From contig JAYYJN010000079.1 in the NCBI GenBank assembly GCA_036146215.1, positions 1,928 to 65,927 of the forward strand: a stretch of DNA of 64,000 nucleotides, read 5' to 3'. The position numbers were made by a program, and so were the translations under genes. Below, piece after piece: positions 46,216-55,488 of this stretch. Every line of letters begins with the position of its first letter. Within the stretch, counting starts at the first letter, position 1. Under the pieces are notes generated by a model that was given only the letters and a program-made list of their open reading frames with translations, did not search any database and was not told the DNA's origin. This DNA comes from Planctomycetota bacterium (GTDB taxonomy: Bacteria > Planctomycetota > Planctomycetia > Pirellulales > UBA7805).

Positions 46216-48107
46216 TTTTTCAGTGACCTTTGCAGCTCTTCCACAGAGGTAATTCCCCTTGCGACAAGTAATTTCCCATGATCAAGCTCTGTATGCATGC
46301 CTGTTTTGCGCGCCACTTTTTTCAGATCATCGATGTTCGGTTTTCCACTGACCAAAATCTTTTGAATGTCCTGATTCATGTGCAGCACTTCATAGATGCC
46401 AGTGATACCGTGATACCCGATTCCTTCACAAACCTCACAAATGGCTTCACCTTCAGGTGACGCTGCTCGGTACAGATTCTCTGCACGTTCGGGCGGGATC
46501 CCCAATCTTTTCAATAGCTCAGGTGAAGGTCGATAAGAGACTTTACACTCAGGACATAATTTCCGAATCAACCTGCCATGAACCACTGTAGTGATGGAAC
46601 CGGCAACCAATTCGGGAGGAACTTTTATCACAAGCACACGGAGTAATGCCTCCAGGCTATCACGGGCAGCGATCGAACTTATGACAAGAAAATCCGTCAT
46701 CGCAAGTTCACACAGCATGTGTGCCGATTGTGGATCCGCCATCTTCCGGCAGACAATCACATCAGGTTGTGCACGGGATACAGCGGGCAAACAATCAACG
46801 GGCCGCTCACCTGCAGAAGAGTCGTAGTTTTTCGGATCGACATTTGCAATTTCTGGTTCTGGCGATTCAGAATCTTCTACGCTGACAAAGTCGCGCATGT
46901 ATCGATCCACACTCTCCAGTCCAATGTTGATGAGAGTGGTAAGCCCGCCGGCGGGCAGCGCGGAAAATAAGATCATCCCTTTTGTGTTTTGCAAGGCGGT
47001 CGTAACTTCCTCTGCCGTTTTTTTACGCATTCCGAGGTCGACCAGGGAATGCAAATGGTCAGCAGATCGCTCAAAAGCGATGAGCCACCGCTCAACGTTT
47101 TCGCCCTTTGCAAGCGTGAGTTTGCAGGTGACGGTTTCCTCCCATTTTCCATGAAACCGATTGCGACTTGCCTGCATGTGATCGAGTTTTATCGAATCAC
47201 CGTCGGAGTCAATCATTTTGGAAAATGTTGCTGAAAAATCAGCTTCACTGCTCCGTACAAACGATGACTGCTCCGGATCGTTAGGGTCGGTTGCAAGGGT
47301 CGAAAGTACCTCGGTAATCTGTCGGCCTGTTTCAACCGAATGGGAGGGTAGATTATGCCAAACTCCATCGATCAGATAACGAATACCCATTTGTTCAGCA
47401 AAATCAAGAAGCACTTGACTTGCTCTCCGGTCTAATGCGTCGCCGAACAATTCGGTCGTCGCGGTATATCCCTCAAGTTGCCGAGCCAGAATTGTTTGCG
47501 ACTGTTTGTCCCGCTTCGCCGGATTCAGGTCTGCAAACAGATCAACTTCAGGCCCCAGATGGTCCTCCAGTCGCAACGGATCCTCGGCATTTATCTGGAT
47601 GCCCAAGTAGCGCAAATTTTTAGACGCTAAAAATTTTAGGTGCTCGGGCGTCAACACGCGCTGATGCTCTTCGACCAACGGGTTGCGGTAGTAAAATACG
47701 TAACTTAATGTAGGAGCGGCGAGGGCAACGAAAAGCAAAAAAAATGCCGGCCAAAAATAAGGAATCACCCACATCATTAAGAGTGCAAATGCGAAACAAC
47801 CGACAACAATTGGATTCCATGTGTTTCTTCTCAGGCGATGATAAAGCAGATCTTGGTTAATCCAGTCAGCCGCCCGAACCCATAGAAGAAATAGCGCAAA
47901 GCACGCCGATATCCTGAAAATGCTGAAATAGAATCCGGGACCACGGAACGTGTCTGGATCGATCCACTGTGGATCAGGCCAGGTTGCTTGTTGAGAGAGC
48001 GCGATATTTTCCTGAGCAAAAGCCTCCAATGACGAGAGGAGAAACAACCCTAATCCAATCGAAAAGGTTTTGAGTGAAAATATATTTTCAGAATATGGTT
48101 GTTGCAT
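46212..48107 (-). CDS. Membrane-anchored GspE/PilB-like protein with degenerate ATPase motifs (predicted pseudo-ATPase)
   Basis: 631 aa. The N-terminal 150 aa hold a signal-like segment plus three TM helices. The C-terminal part is colinear with T2SS/T4P ATPases and includes CPECKVSY...CEVCEGIGYHGITGIYEVL. Walker A reads ALPAGGLTT, Walker B reads PDVIVCRKMAD and the His box reads TDFLVISSIAAR. Confidence 0.8.
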   Translation of the reverse strand: MQQPYSENIFSLKTFSIGLGLFLLSSLEAFAQENIALSQQATWPDPQWIDPDTFRGPGFYFSIFRISACFALFLLWVRAADWINQDLLYHRLRRNTWNPIVVGCFAFALLMMWVIPYFWPAFFLLFVALAAPTLSYVFYYRNPLVEEHQRVLTPEHLKFLASKNLRYLGIQINAEDPLRLEDHLGPEVDLFADLNPAKRDKQSQTILARQLEGYTATTELFGDALDRRASQVLLDFAEQMGIRYLIDGVWHNLPSHSVETGRQITEVLSTLATDPNDPEQSSFVRSSEADFSATFSKMIDSDGDSIKLDHMQASRNRFHGKWEETVTCKLTLAKGENVERWLIAFERSADHLHSLVDLGMRKKTAEEVTTALQNTKGMILFSALPAGGLTTLINIGLESVDRYMRDFVSVEDSESPEPEIANVDPKNYDSSAGERPVDCLPAVSRAQPDVIVCRKMADPQSAHMLCELAMTDFLVISSIAARDSLEALLRVLVIKVPPELVAGSITTVVHGRLIRKLCPECKVSYRPSPELLKRLGIPPERAENLYRAASPEGEAICEVCEGIGYHGITGIYEVLHMNQDIQKILVSGKPNIDDLKKVARKTGMHTELDHGKLLVARGITSVEELQRSLKK

Positions 48108-49243
48108 TACAGCAATCCACCCTGGGCAACATCAATCCCTTTCAGCACCATCTTTAGTTGTTGCCTGTTTGGAGAGACCTCCATGGCTACGTCCTGAGAG
48201 ATGAGTGCCTGATCAATCAGACTTTTCAGAGACATGTTAAAATCCTGCATGCGATCTTGTGATCCAAGCCGCACCGCATCAGAGAGTTTTTCATCCTCTT
48301 CTTCGATGACCAATTTGCGGATCATACTGTTCATAATTAAGACTTCCACCGCCGGTACACGGGAACAATCTTTGGAAATCGAAGGTAGTAATTTCTGTGC
48401 TACGATTGCCTTTAGGTTTGTTTCCAACGCACTTCTCAGTGAGGCATGCATGTCTTGCGGGAAGAGATCCAAGATGCGGTTGATCGTCGACGCGGCGCTC
48501 GAAGCGTGAATGGTGCCAAAAACCAGGTGCCCAGTCTCTGCGGCGTGGATGGCTGTCTGAAAAGTTTCCCGGTCTCGCATTTCTCCGACCAGCATGACAT
48601 CTGGATCCTCGCGCACCGCATGCTTCATTCCCAACTCAAAGTTTTTGACGTCGATGCCTATTTCCCGTTGATTGATTAGACATTTGTGTTCATGGAACAA
48701 AAACTCAATGGGATCTTCGAGCGTAAGGATGTGTTTTCGGTAATGATCGTTGATCCAATTCAGCATCGAGGCGATCGTAGTGCTTTTTCCCGAACCGGTG
48801 ACGCCCGCAACTAGAATCAGCCCCTGGTCATATTGGCAAAGGTCTTCGATCACATCCGGCAAATGCAGGCCTTTAAAATCGGGAATCGCATTGTTTACGC
48901 GGCGTGCAACCATTCCAACGTGGCCCATCTGCGTGAGCATATTCACGCGAAACCGCCATTGCACTCCGTCGACATCAATCATATGCGCAAAATCAGCGCC
49001 GCCTTCCGCTTCAAAGATTTCCCGATTTCTTTCGTCCATAAGCGGGTAGCAAAGGTCGCGCATCTCAAGCGAACCAATCGGGTCGTGCTTTAGCGGACGG
49101 AGTGAACCGGCAACTCGGACATAAGGAGGCTGACCCACCTTAAGATGTAGGTCACTGCCATCAAGTTTCACCACCGCCCTAAATATTTTGTCGACCGATA
49201 GATCGGTGGAGCGGTCAAGTTTCAGTGAAGGGTCGGTTGCCAT
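48107..49243 (-). CDS. pilT: Type IV pilus retraction ATPase PilT family
   Basis: GSDLHLKVGQPPYVRVAGSL, Walker A AGVTGSGKSTTIASM, Asp box ILTLEDPIEF, Walker B DPDVMLVGEMRD, His box TGHLVFGTIHASSA and a PilT-like MIRKLVIEE helix. Confidence 0.9.
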   Translation of the reverse strand: MATDPSLKLDRSTDLSVDKIFRAVVKLDGSDLHLKVGQPPYVRVAGSLRPLKHDPIGSLEMRDLCYPLMDERNREIFEAEGGADFAHMIDVDGVQWRFRVNMLTQMGHVGMVARRVNNAIPDFKGLHLPDVIEDLCQYDQGLILVAGVTGSGKSTTIASMLNWINDHYRKHILTLEDPIEFLFHEHKCLINQREIGIDVKNFELGMKHAVREDPDVMLVGEMRDRETFQTAIHAAETGHLVFGTIHASSAASTINRILDLFPQDMHASLRSALETNLKAIVAQKLLPSISKDCSRVPAVEVLIMNSMIRKLVIEEEDEKLSDAVRLGSQDRMQDFNMSLKSLIDQALISQDVAMEVSPNRQQLKMVLKGIDVAQGGLL

Positions 49244-49307
49244 CAGATGTCCTCAATGTGAAATTGCAGTCGAAGGCTTTTATTGTAATCGTATTAGGTC
49301 CACCATA

Positions 49308-50075
49308 TCAGAGCCGGACCGGGATACCACAGTCCCGCATGAACTGCTTGGTATCTGTAATGGAATATTCCCCGAAATGAAAAATGCTGGCTGCAAGGGC
49401 TGCGTCCGCCTTGCCAGTTTGGATCGCTTCGGCAAGGTGTCTGGGGTGTCCCGCACCGCCACTGGCAACGACCGGAATAGAAACGGCCGTGCTGACTGCG
49501 CTTGTGATCTCAAGGTCATAACCGTCTTTAGTCCCATCGCGATCCATGCTCGTGACTACGATTTCACCCGCCCCAAGACGTTCCACCTCTTTTGCCCAAC
49601 TCACGGCCTCCAAGCCGGTCGCGACGCGTCCGCCGTGAATAAATACCTCCCATAACGTAGCCCCATTTTTTTTTACTCGTTTAGGATCAATATTAACAAC
49701 GATGCATTGACTGCCAAACTTCTGGGCGGCCTGTTGAATAAATTGCGGGTCTTTCACTGCCGTCGAATTGATCGAGACCTTATCGGTGCCAGCCATTAGA
49801 AGCCCTCGGATATCATCAAGCGTCCGAATGCCACCACCGACCGTCAACGGCATAGAGATCACATCGGCGGTCTGCCGGACAATGTCGACCATGCACTCCC
49901 GGCCTTCGTGACTGGCCGTAATGTCCAAAAAAACAAGTTCGTCGGCACCTTCGTTTTCATAGCGGTTGGCGACTTCAACCGGATTTCCCGCATCCCGCAG
50001 ACCCACAAAGCGTGTTCCTTTCACAACACGTCCTTGATCCACATCCAAGCAGGGGATGACCCGTTTGGTTAGCAT
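49308..50075 (-). CDS. hisF: Imidazole glycerol phosphate synthase cyclase subunit HisF
   Basis: [20 protein letters not shown]...[11 protein letters not shown]...PLTVGGGIR...[12 protein letters not shown]...[21 protein letters not shown]...VVASGGAG. The track ORF (to 50306) adds 77 non-homologous residues. Confidence 0.92.
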   Translation of the reverse strand: MLTKRVIPCLDVDQGRVVKGTRFVGLRDAGNPVEVANRYENEGADELVFLDITASHEGRECMVDIVRQTADVISMPLTVGGGIRTLDDIRGLLMAGTDKVSINSTAVKDPQFIQQAAQKFGSQCIVVNIDPKRVKKNGATLWEVFIHGGRVATGLEAVSWAKEVERLGAGEIVVTSMDRDGTKDGYDLEITSAVSTAVSIPVVASGGAGHPRHLAEAIQTGKADAALAASIFHFGEYSITDTKQFMRDCGIPVRL

Positions 50076-50298
50076 ACAAAAATTCCGAAGGGATTCATGT
50101 AAGTCTATTTCGAAGCAGAAACAAAAGTAAACTCTATGATAGGCAGATCGGGAATAGCCGTTAAGATGATATTTTAAAATACTGATTAAGAAGCCGACCA
50201 AATTAATTTGCCGCGATCGCCGGGTCAACGCTGAGTTAACGTGTTGACTGGCGATATCGGTTTGGCAAACTGCAACACTGAAAAATCGATCTTCGCCC

Positions 50299-51516
50299 AT
50301 GAGCAATGTTCAAATGTTGCCGTTCTCCAAGCGGTCAAGCGTCGCCGAGGCGATCGACTGGACGGATAAAGCACTGCCTGATTTAGGGTGCGAAAACATT
50401 GCGAGCATGCAAGCCGATGGCCGTGTTTTAACGCAATCGATCACCAGCACGGTGAATGTGCCCGGTTTTCATCGCGGCATGATGGATGGCTTCGCGGTGC
50501 GTGCAATTGATGTTAAAGAATCATCGGAAACCCAACCGATCGTACTCCGCATTGTAGGCGATATTTACCCGGGTCAATCACCCGTTGCTGCGTTATCTTC
50601 CGGCGAGACAATCCGGATTACGACAGGTGCCGCAGTGCCCCCGGGTGCCGACACAGTCATTCCAATTGAAATGGTGGGAGTGCGGGATAATACAATTCTT
50701 GTGCATCAATCGGTGGTGACCGGGAAGCATGTAGGACCTCCTGGAGAAGATGTCGCTCGCGGTCAGTGTGTGCTTGAAGCGGGTCGACGCATTCGGCCGC
50801 AAGATGTTGGCTTGCTCTCTTCGATCGGAATCAATTCGGTATCGGTCGTGCGGAAACCAAAGGTCCATCTTATAACAACAGGTAATGAATTATTGCCGGC
50901 TGGAACGCCCCCTTCGGATTACAGGATTACCGATGCAAATAGTCCGATGCTCGAATCGTTGGTTCTTCGCGACGGTGGAGAGGTTTCATTTTCCGGTATC
51001 GTTCCCGATAAGCCAGATTGCATTCTAGATGCATTCAAAGTCGATGCAGACATTCTGATTGTCTCGGGCGGAACAAGCGTGGGATGCGAGGACTTCGTGC
51101 CCTATTTACTCGCTCAGAACGGGGAATTGGGCATCCACGGTGTACGAATGCGGCCCGGCTCACCCATAGGAATCGGGACTTTTGAGAACCGCCCCACGTT
51201 TCTTCTTCCGGGTAATCCTGTCGCCTGTCTGTACGGGTACGATTTCTTTGCAGGTCGCGTAATTCGTAAACTGACCGGGCGGGGTATCGACCTGCCTTAC
51301 CATCAGCATCAGCTCCCACTCGGCGAAGCGCTAAATTCAATCGAAGGCCGAACCGATTTTGTCCGCGTTCGGATTGTCGGAGATAGCGTGATCAAAAGCA
51401 AGCAGCAAGGATCGTCGATGCTTTTTTCAGCAGTACGGTCGGATGGCTTTATCATCATTCCGGAGGGAGCGAAATCGCTTTCGGCGGGCGAGACAGTGAC
51501 GGTTTATTGTTATTAA
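50299..51516 (+). CDS. moeA: Molybdopterin molybdenumtransferase MoeA
   Basis: [59 protein letters not shown] and MRPGSPIG are MoeA family blocks. Confidence 0.9.
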   Translation: MSNVQMLPFSKRSSVAEAIDWTDKALPDLGCENIASMQADGRVLTQSITSTVNVPGFHRGMMDGFAVRAIDVKESSETQPIVLRIVGDIYPGQSPVAALSSGETIRITTGAAVPPGADTVIPIEMVGVRDNTILVHQSVVTGKHVGPPGEDVARGQCVLEAGRRIRPQDVGLLSSIGINSVSVVRKPKVHLITTGNELLPAGTPPSDYRITDANSPMLESLVLRDGGEVSFSGIVPDKPDCILDAFKVDADILIVSGGTSVGCEDFVPYLLAQNGELGIHGVRMRPGSPIGIGTFENRPTFLLPGNPVACLYGYDFFAGRVIRKLTGRGIDLPYHQHQLPLGEALNSIEGRTDFVRVRIVGDSVIKSKQQGSSMLFSAVRSDGFIIIPEGAKSLSAGETVTVYCY

Positions 51517-51554
51517 GACATGAAAGCCGGGCAGCGTGAATTACCGCTGATGTT

Positions 51555-53675
51555 TCAGCCGCCCGCATGGCCCCGACTGCTCGTCTTGAGAGCGGCAGTG
51601 TAACAAATCATTGAGCGGAAACCGACACGCAACGAGCGGTGACGCGGCATCGGCGGACCGTCTCCTCCTGGAAAGATGTCCTCCGGACCGATTGCCGCTG
51701 TATCAAACAACAATCGCCAGTCGAAAGAGCGCGATTTTGCGGGAAGCACAAATTCAAGATCTTGATCTTCGGCATTGAACAGCAGCAGGACGTGCCGTCC
51801 GCCGGAGTATCCCTCGGTCTCCCCCACTGCACGCAACAGGCAAGTCAGCGTTTTTTCATCATGGTCCCAACAAACGGTTTCTCCGGTGAGGTCATACCAA
51901 CTCACATCGGGTAGTTCACCCGGTTTCCGTGCGACGCCCTGAAGAAATGTTTCACGACGGAGTGTGGGTTCCATTTTGCGAAATTCGATCAACGTTCGTG
52001 CAAACCGAACAAGTTCAGCGTGCTCTTCAACGAGTGACCAGTCGAACCATGAAATTTTATTGTCCTGGCAATAAGCGTTGTTATTCCCAAATTGAGTGCG
52101 GCGACATTCATCGCCCGAGACAATCATCGGCACGCCCTGACTGACAAGCAGGGTTGCCAACATATTTTTAATTTGTCTTTCACGGGTGACAATTACATTT
52201 TCCTGGTCCGTCGGACCTTCAATTCCGTAGTTTGCGCTGTGATTATTGTCGTCTCCGTCCCGATTTCCCTCGCCGTTGGCTTCATTATGCTTACGCGAGT
52301 AACTGACAAGGTCATTCAGTGTGAATCCATCATGGGAGGTCACAAAATTGATGCTGTGATAAGGCTTTCGGCCACCACGTTGATAAAGATCGCTTGAACC
52401 AGCCAATCGCGTGGCCAATTTGCCCCGCAGTTGACTATCACCGCGCCAAAAACTTCGGACATCGTCCCGATATTGCCCATTCCACTCTGCCCATCGCAAA
52501 TTGGCAAATGTTCCGACCTGATACGCACCGGCCGCATCCCATGCTTCGGCAATGATTTTTGTATCTGCAAGCATCGGATCTTCACCAATCATCTCCACCA
52601 GTGGAGGGTTGGCGACGAGTTGACCGTTACGGTCACGGCTTAAAATGGAGGCGAGATCGAAGCGAAAGCCATCCACGTGGTAATTGTGAACCCAGTGTCG
52701 GAGGCAATTGAAAATCATTTCACGACAGATCGGATGGTTGCCGTTGACGGTGTTTCCGCAGCCCGAATAGTTTCGATAAAATCGACCGCCGTTTTCCAAC
52801 ATGTAATAGACGCGGTTTTCAAGGCCCTTAAAACTGAGTGTCGGACCGAGTTCATTTCCCTCGCATGTGTGATTGAAAACTACATCCAGGATCACCTCAA
52901 TTCCAGCCTGATGCAGTGCTTTGACCATTTGTTTGAATTCGTGGACCTGGGATCCTGGTTCCTGTCCGACTGCATAACCACGATGAGGTGCAAAAAACGC
53001 CATCGGGTCATATCCCCAGTAGTTGTGATGCTTTAAATCATTTCCCTGACAGTCTTTGATGGGAAATTCGTGAACCGGCATCAATTCGATTGCGGTCACA
53101 CCGAGTGATTGAAGATACGGGATTTTTTCGATCACCCCGAGATAACTCCCCGGATTCTCCACGCCGCTCGTCTCGGATCGAGTGAATCCGCGAACATGCA
53201 TTTCGTAAATTACCGTTTCCGAAAGGTTGCGCCGTAGATGGCGATCTCCATCCCAATCAAATTCATCATCAACGACCACACATTTCGGTGGTCGGATAAT
53301 GCCGTCATCAGAATGCAGAAAATTTCCGGCAAGCGCGCGGGCATAAGGATCGATTAACCGGGCGGTTCCATCAAAACGATGCCCCATCTCGGGATCGTAT
53401 GGCCCGTCCGCCTGGAAGTGATAAAGCTGCCCTGGTGGAAGGTCCGGCACAAAAATACTCCAGACATCGCCCCAGCGATCCGATTCCGGATCGTAGTGGA
53501 GAATGGCTGAGGGCTCATGGTCTTCGATAGAGTCGTAGAGCAGAACTCGCATCGCGGTCGCGCTTCGACTGAAGACCGCAAATTGCACACCCCCATCGTG
53601 AACGATGGCCCCATAGGGCAGTGGGTGGGCAAACTGGAGGGTTGCGGAGGGCTTGGAATGAAGTGGCATAAGCAT
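51555..53675 (-). CDS. glgX: Glycogen debranching enzyme GlgX (GH13 isoamylase type)
   Basis: VIYEMHVRGFT, NYWGYDPMAFFAP, ILDVVFNHT, DGFRFDLAS, IAEAWD and FVTSHDGFTLNDLVSY are GH13/GlgX regions. I prefer Met at 53675 or 53669 to the track start 53816. Confidence 0.92.
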   Translation of the reverse strand: MLMPLHSKPSATLQFAHPLPYGAIVHDGGVQFAVFSRSATAMRVLLYDSIEDHEPSAILHYDPESDRWGDVWSIFVPDLPPGQLYHFQADGPYDPEMGHRFDGTARLIDPYARALAGNFLHSDDGIIRPPKCVVVDDEFDWDGDRHLRRNLSETVIYEMHVRGFTRSETSGVENPGSYLGVIEKIPYLQSLGVTAIELMPVHEFPIKDCQGNDLKHHNYWGYDPMAFFAPHRGYAVGQEPGSQVHEFKQMVKALHQAGIEVILDVVFNHTCEGNELGPTLSFKGLENRVYYMLENGGRFYRNYSGCGNTVNGNHPICREMIFNCLRHWVHNYHVDGFRFDLASILSRDRNGQLVANPPLVEMIGEDPMLADTKIIAEAWDAAGAYQVGTFANLRWAEWNGQYRDDVRSFWRGDSQLRGKLATRLAGSSDLYQRGGRKPYHSINFVTSHDGFTLNDLVSYSRKHNEANGEGNRDGDDNNHSANYGIEGPTDQENVIVTRERQIKNMLATLLVSQGVPMIVSGDECRRTQFGNNNAYCQDNKISWFDWSLVEEHAELVRFARTLIEFRKMEPTLRRETFLQGVARKPGELPDVSWYDLTGETVCWDHDEKTLTCLLRAVGETEGYSGGRHVLLLFNAEDQDLEFVLPAKSRSFDWRLLFDTAAIGPEDIFPGGDGPPMPRHRSLRVGFRSMICYTAALKTSSRGHAGG

Positions 53676-53942
53676 GGAATGGTACCTACCGCTTGCGATT
53701 TCACAAACCGCATCTAACGCAGTTTCGTCCAGAACGTTAGCAAGGCTGTGGAAAATCTGTACAGAAAACCACCAGATACCCAATAAAACACCACATTCTG
53801 CCTGCGGAGCGGACAAATTCGATAATTTGTAAACATAAAATTATCATGGACTTATCGTAAGCTTTGCTCGCGATGACAGCCGAATCGGCTGGAGAGGCCA
53901 GGCCGCTCAGCAAAGGGCAGGGTCATTGTTCCCGGAGTCTTA

Positions 53943-54965
53943 TTATTCAGCTGCCCAACGTGCCACATCCTTGGCGGCATAGGTCACAATCAGTTGGGCA
54001 CCGGCGCGGTGCATGGAGATCAGCATCTCGAGGGTTGCCGCCTGCGGATCGATCCATCCTTGCGCCGCCGCCGCCTGCACCATGCTGTATTCCCCAGAAA
54101 CGTTGTAGGCCGCCAAGGGAACTCCCGGAAAATGATTTTTGACCCGGGCGATGACATCCAAGTACGATAGTGCCGGTTTGATCATTATCATGTCGGCACC
54201 CTCTGCCAGATCGAGGGCGACCTCGCGGACCGCCTGATCAGCCGATACGGCCGGATCCATTTGATGGGACTTTCGATTCCCGGCCACCGGTATACTCTCA
54301 GCCGCATCCCGAAACGGTCCGTAAAAACTGCTTGCATATTTTGCCGCATAACTGAGTATGGGGAGATGTTGGTATCCGCCCCGATCGAGCCCTTTGCGGA
54401 TCGCCCCCACCATGCCGTCGATCATGCCACTCGGGGCGACCATATCTGCCCCAGCTTCCGCATGGCTCAAAGCCTGGCGGGAAAGTAATTCGCAAGTTGT
54501 ATCATTATCGACATCCGTTTGTCCCTGGGCCTCGGAAACAATCCCGCACTGTCCGTGGTCGGTGTATTCACAGAAACAAACATCTGAAATGAGTAAAACT
54601 TCGGGTGAGGTTTCTTTTGCGTAACGTAATGCCCGCTGAATAATCCCGTCGCTACGCATCGAATCGCTACCACTGGCATCTTTTTCCGAAGGGATCCCGA
54701 ACAGCATTACGCCACCAATACCCAGAGATTGTATCTCAGATAATTCATCGCCAAGTTGATCAATCGAAATCTGTGCATGCCCGGGCATTGAGGCGATCGG
54801 TTTGCGCACCTTTGTGCCGCTGCATATGAAAAGAGGTAAAATCAGTTTGGCTGGTGAGATTTGAACTTCCTGAATCAGCGACCGCACCGCCGGAAGATAG
54901 CGTAAGCGACGCATTCGCGTCGTGGGAAATGCCCCGGGAAAATTTTTAAAGTGGTCAAATTCCAT
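53943..54965 (-). CDS. hemB: Porphobilinogen synthase (delta-aminolevulinate dehydratase)
   Basis: RMRRLR, DVCFCEYTDHGQCG, active-site Lys contexts MVAPSGMIDG and MIMIKPALSYLD, and YNVSGEYSM. Confidence 0.95.
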   Translation of the reverse strand: MEFDHFKNFPGAFPTTRMRRLRYLPAVRSLIQEVQISPAKLILPLFICSGTKVRKPIASMPGHAQISIDQLGDELSEIQSLGIGGVMLFGIPSEKDASGSDSMRSDGIIQRALRYAKETSPEVLLISDVCFCEYTDHGQCGIVSEAQGQTDVDNDTTCELLSRQALSHAEAGADMVAPSGMIDGMVGAIRKGLDRGGYQHLPILSYAAKYASSFYGPFRDAAESIPVAGNRKSHQMDPAVSADQAVREVALDLAEGADMIMIKPALSYLDVIARVKNHFPGVPLAAYNVSGEYSMVQAAAAQGWIDPQAATLEMLISMHRAGAQLIVTYAAKDVARWAAE

Positions 54966-55009
54966 GTACCTAGTCTATGTGGGGAAACGCTGCGGAACAA
55001 GAATCGGAT

Positions 55010-55411
55010 TTAGCGCGCAAATAGAGATCCTTGGACCGGGAGATCGGGCGCGGAATATTCAGACATTTCCGCTTCGAGCCAACGCTTGAGGACACGGATC
55101 AGATATTTGATCTCTGAATCATTCAATGCGGATCCCCGTTCAATTCCATGCCATTTTGCCAGGCAACCTCGACAGCATGAGGCGGTGGCATGTTGAGCCA
55201 CAAACACAGGATGCCCACGCATTGGGGTCTGCTTACCATCGTTTGGCGGATTTGCCGGTGCAATCCGAGCCTCAAGCAATACTCGCGCATGTGCAAGAAC
55301 CACGCGCATGCCTTTTTGCTGAAGATAGTTTTTTTCGGCACGGCTTAACTGAAATCGATTGCGGAATCGCGAGCGGTTAAGTGACTCAAAGAGCGGACTC
55401 AGATCGGACAC
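55010..55411 (-). CDS. DUF4186 family protein
   Basis: 133 aa. FVAQHATASCCRGCLAKWHGI matches the DUF4186 conserved core as I recall it. Confidence 0.7.
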   Translation of the reverse strand: MSDLSPLFESLNRSRFRNRFQLSRAEKNYLQQKGMRVVLAHARVLLEARIAPANPPNDGKQTPMRGHPVFVAQHATASCCRGCLAKWHGIERGSALNDSEIKYLIRVLKRWLEAEMSEYSAPDLPVQGSLFAR

Positions 55412-55488
55412 TGGTATACCTCGCTGTCATCTGCAGGCTACATGACGTTTGGTAGGGACTCTCCGACGTAGCCGACATTCAGGATAGG

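Noticed and set aside
50076-50298. Possible Moco riboswitch or other leader upstream of moeA. A 6-bp-stem hairpin GTCAAC-13 nt-GTTGAC was seen at about 50225-50249.
   Set aside because: I could not recognise the conserved Moco-RNA core elements by eye, and the hairpin alone is not diagnostic. An Infernal/Rfam scan would settle it.
49308-50306. Long N-terminal extensions in the ORF track for hisF (77 aa), glgX (47 aa), the DegT aminotransferase (60 aa), the carbamoyltransferase (32 aa), the glxB-like gene (19 aa), and paralog B at 16260.
   Set aside because: Homology starts at internal Met or GTG codons. The extensions are artefacts of taking the first ATG/GTG/TTG after a stop, not novel domains.
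51517-51554. Short hairpin CAGCG-8 nt-CGCTG between the convergent moeA and glgX genes as a bidirectional terminator.
   Set aside because: The stem is only 5 bp with no clear U-tracts, which is too weak to call.
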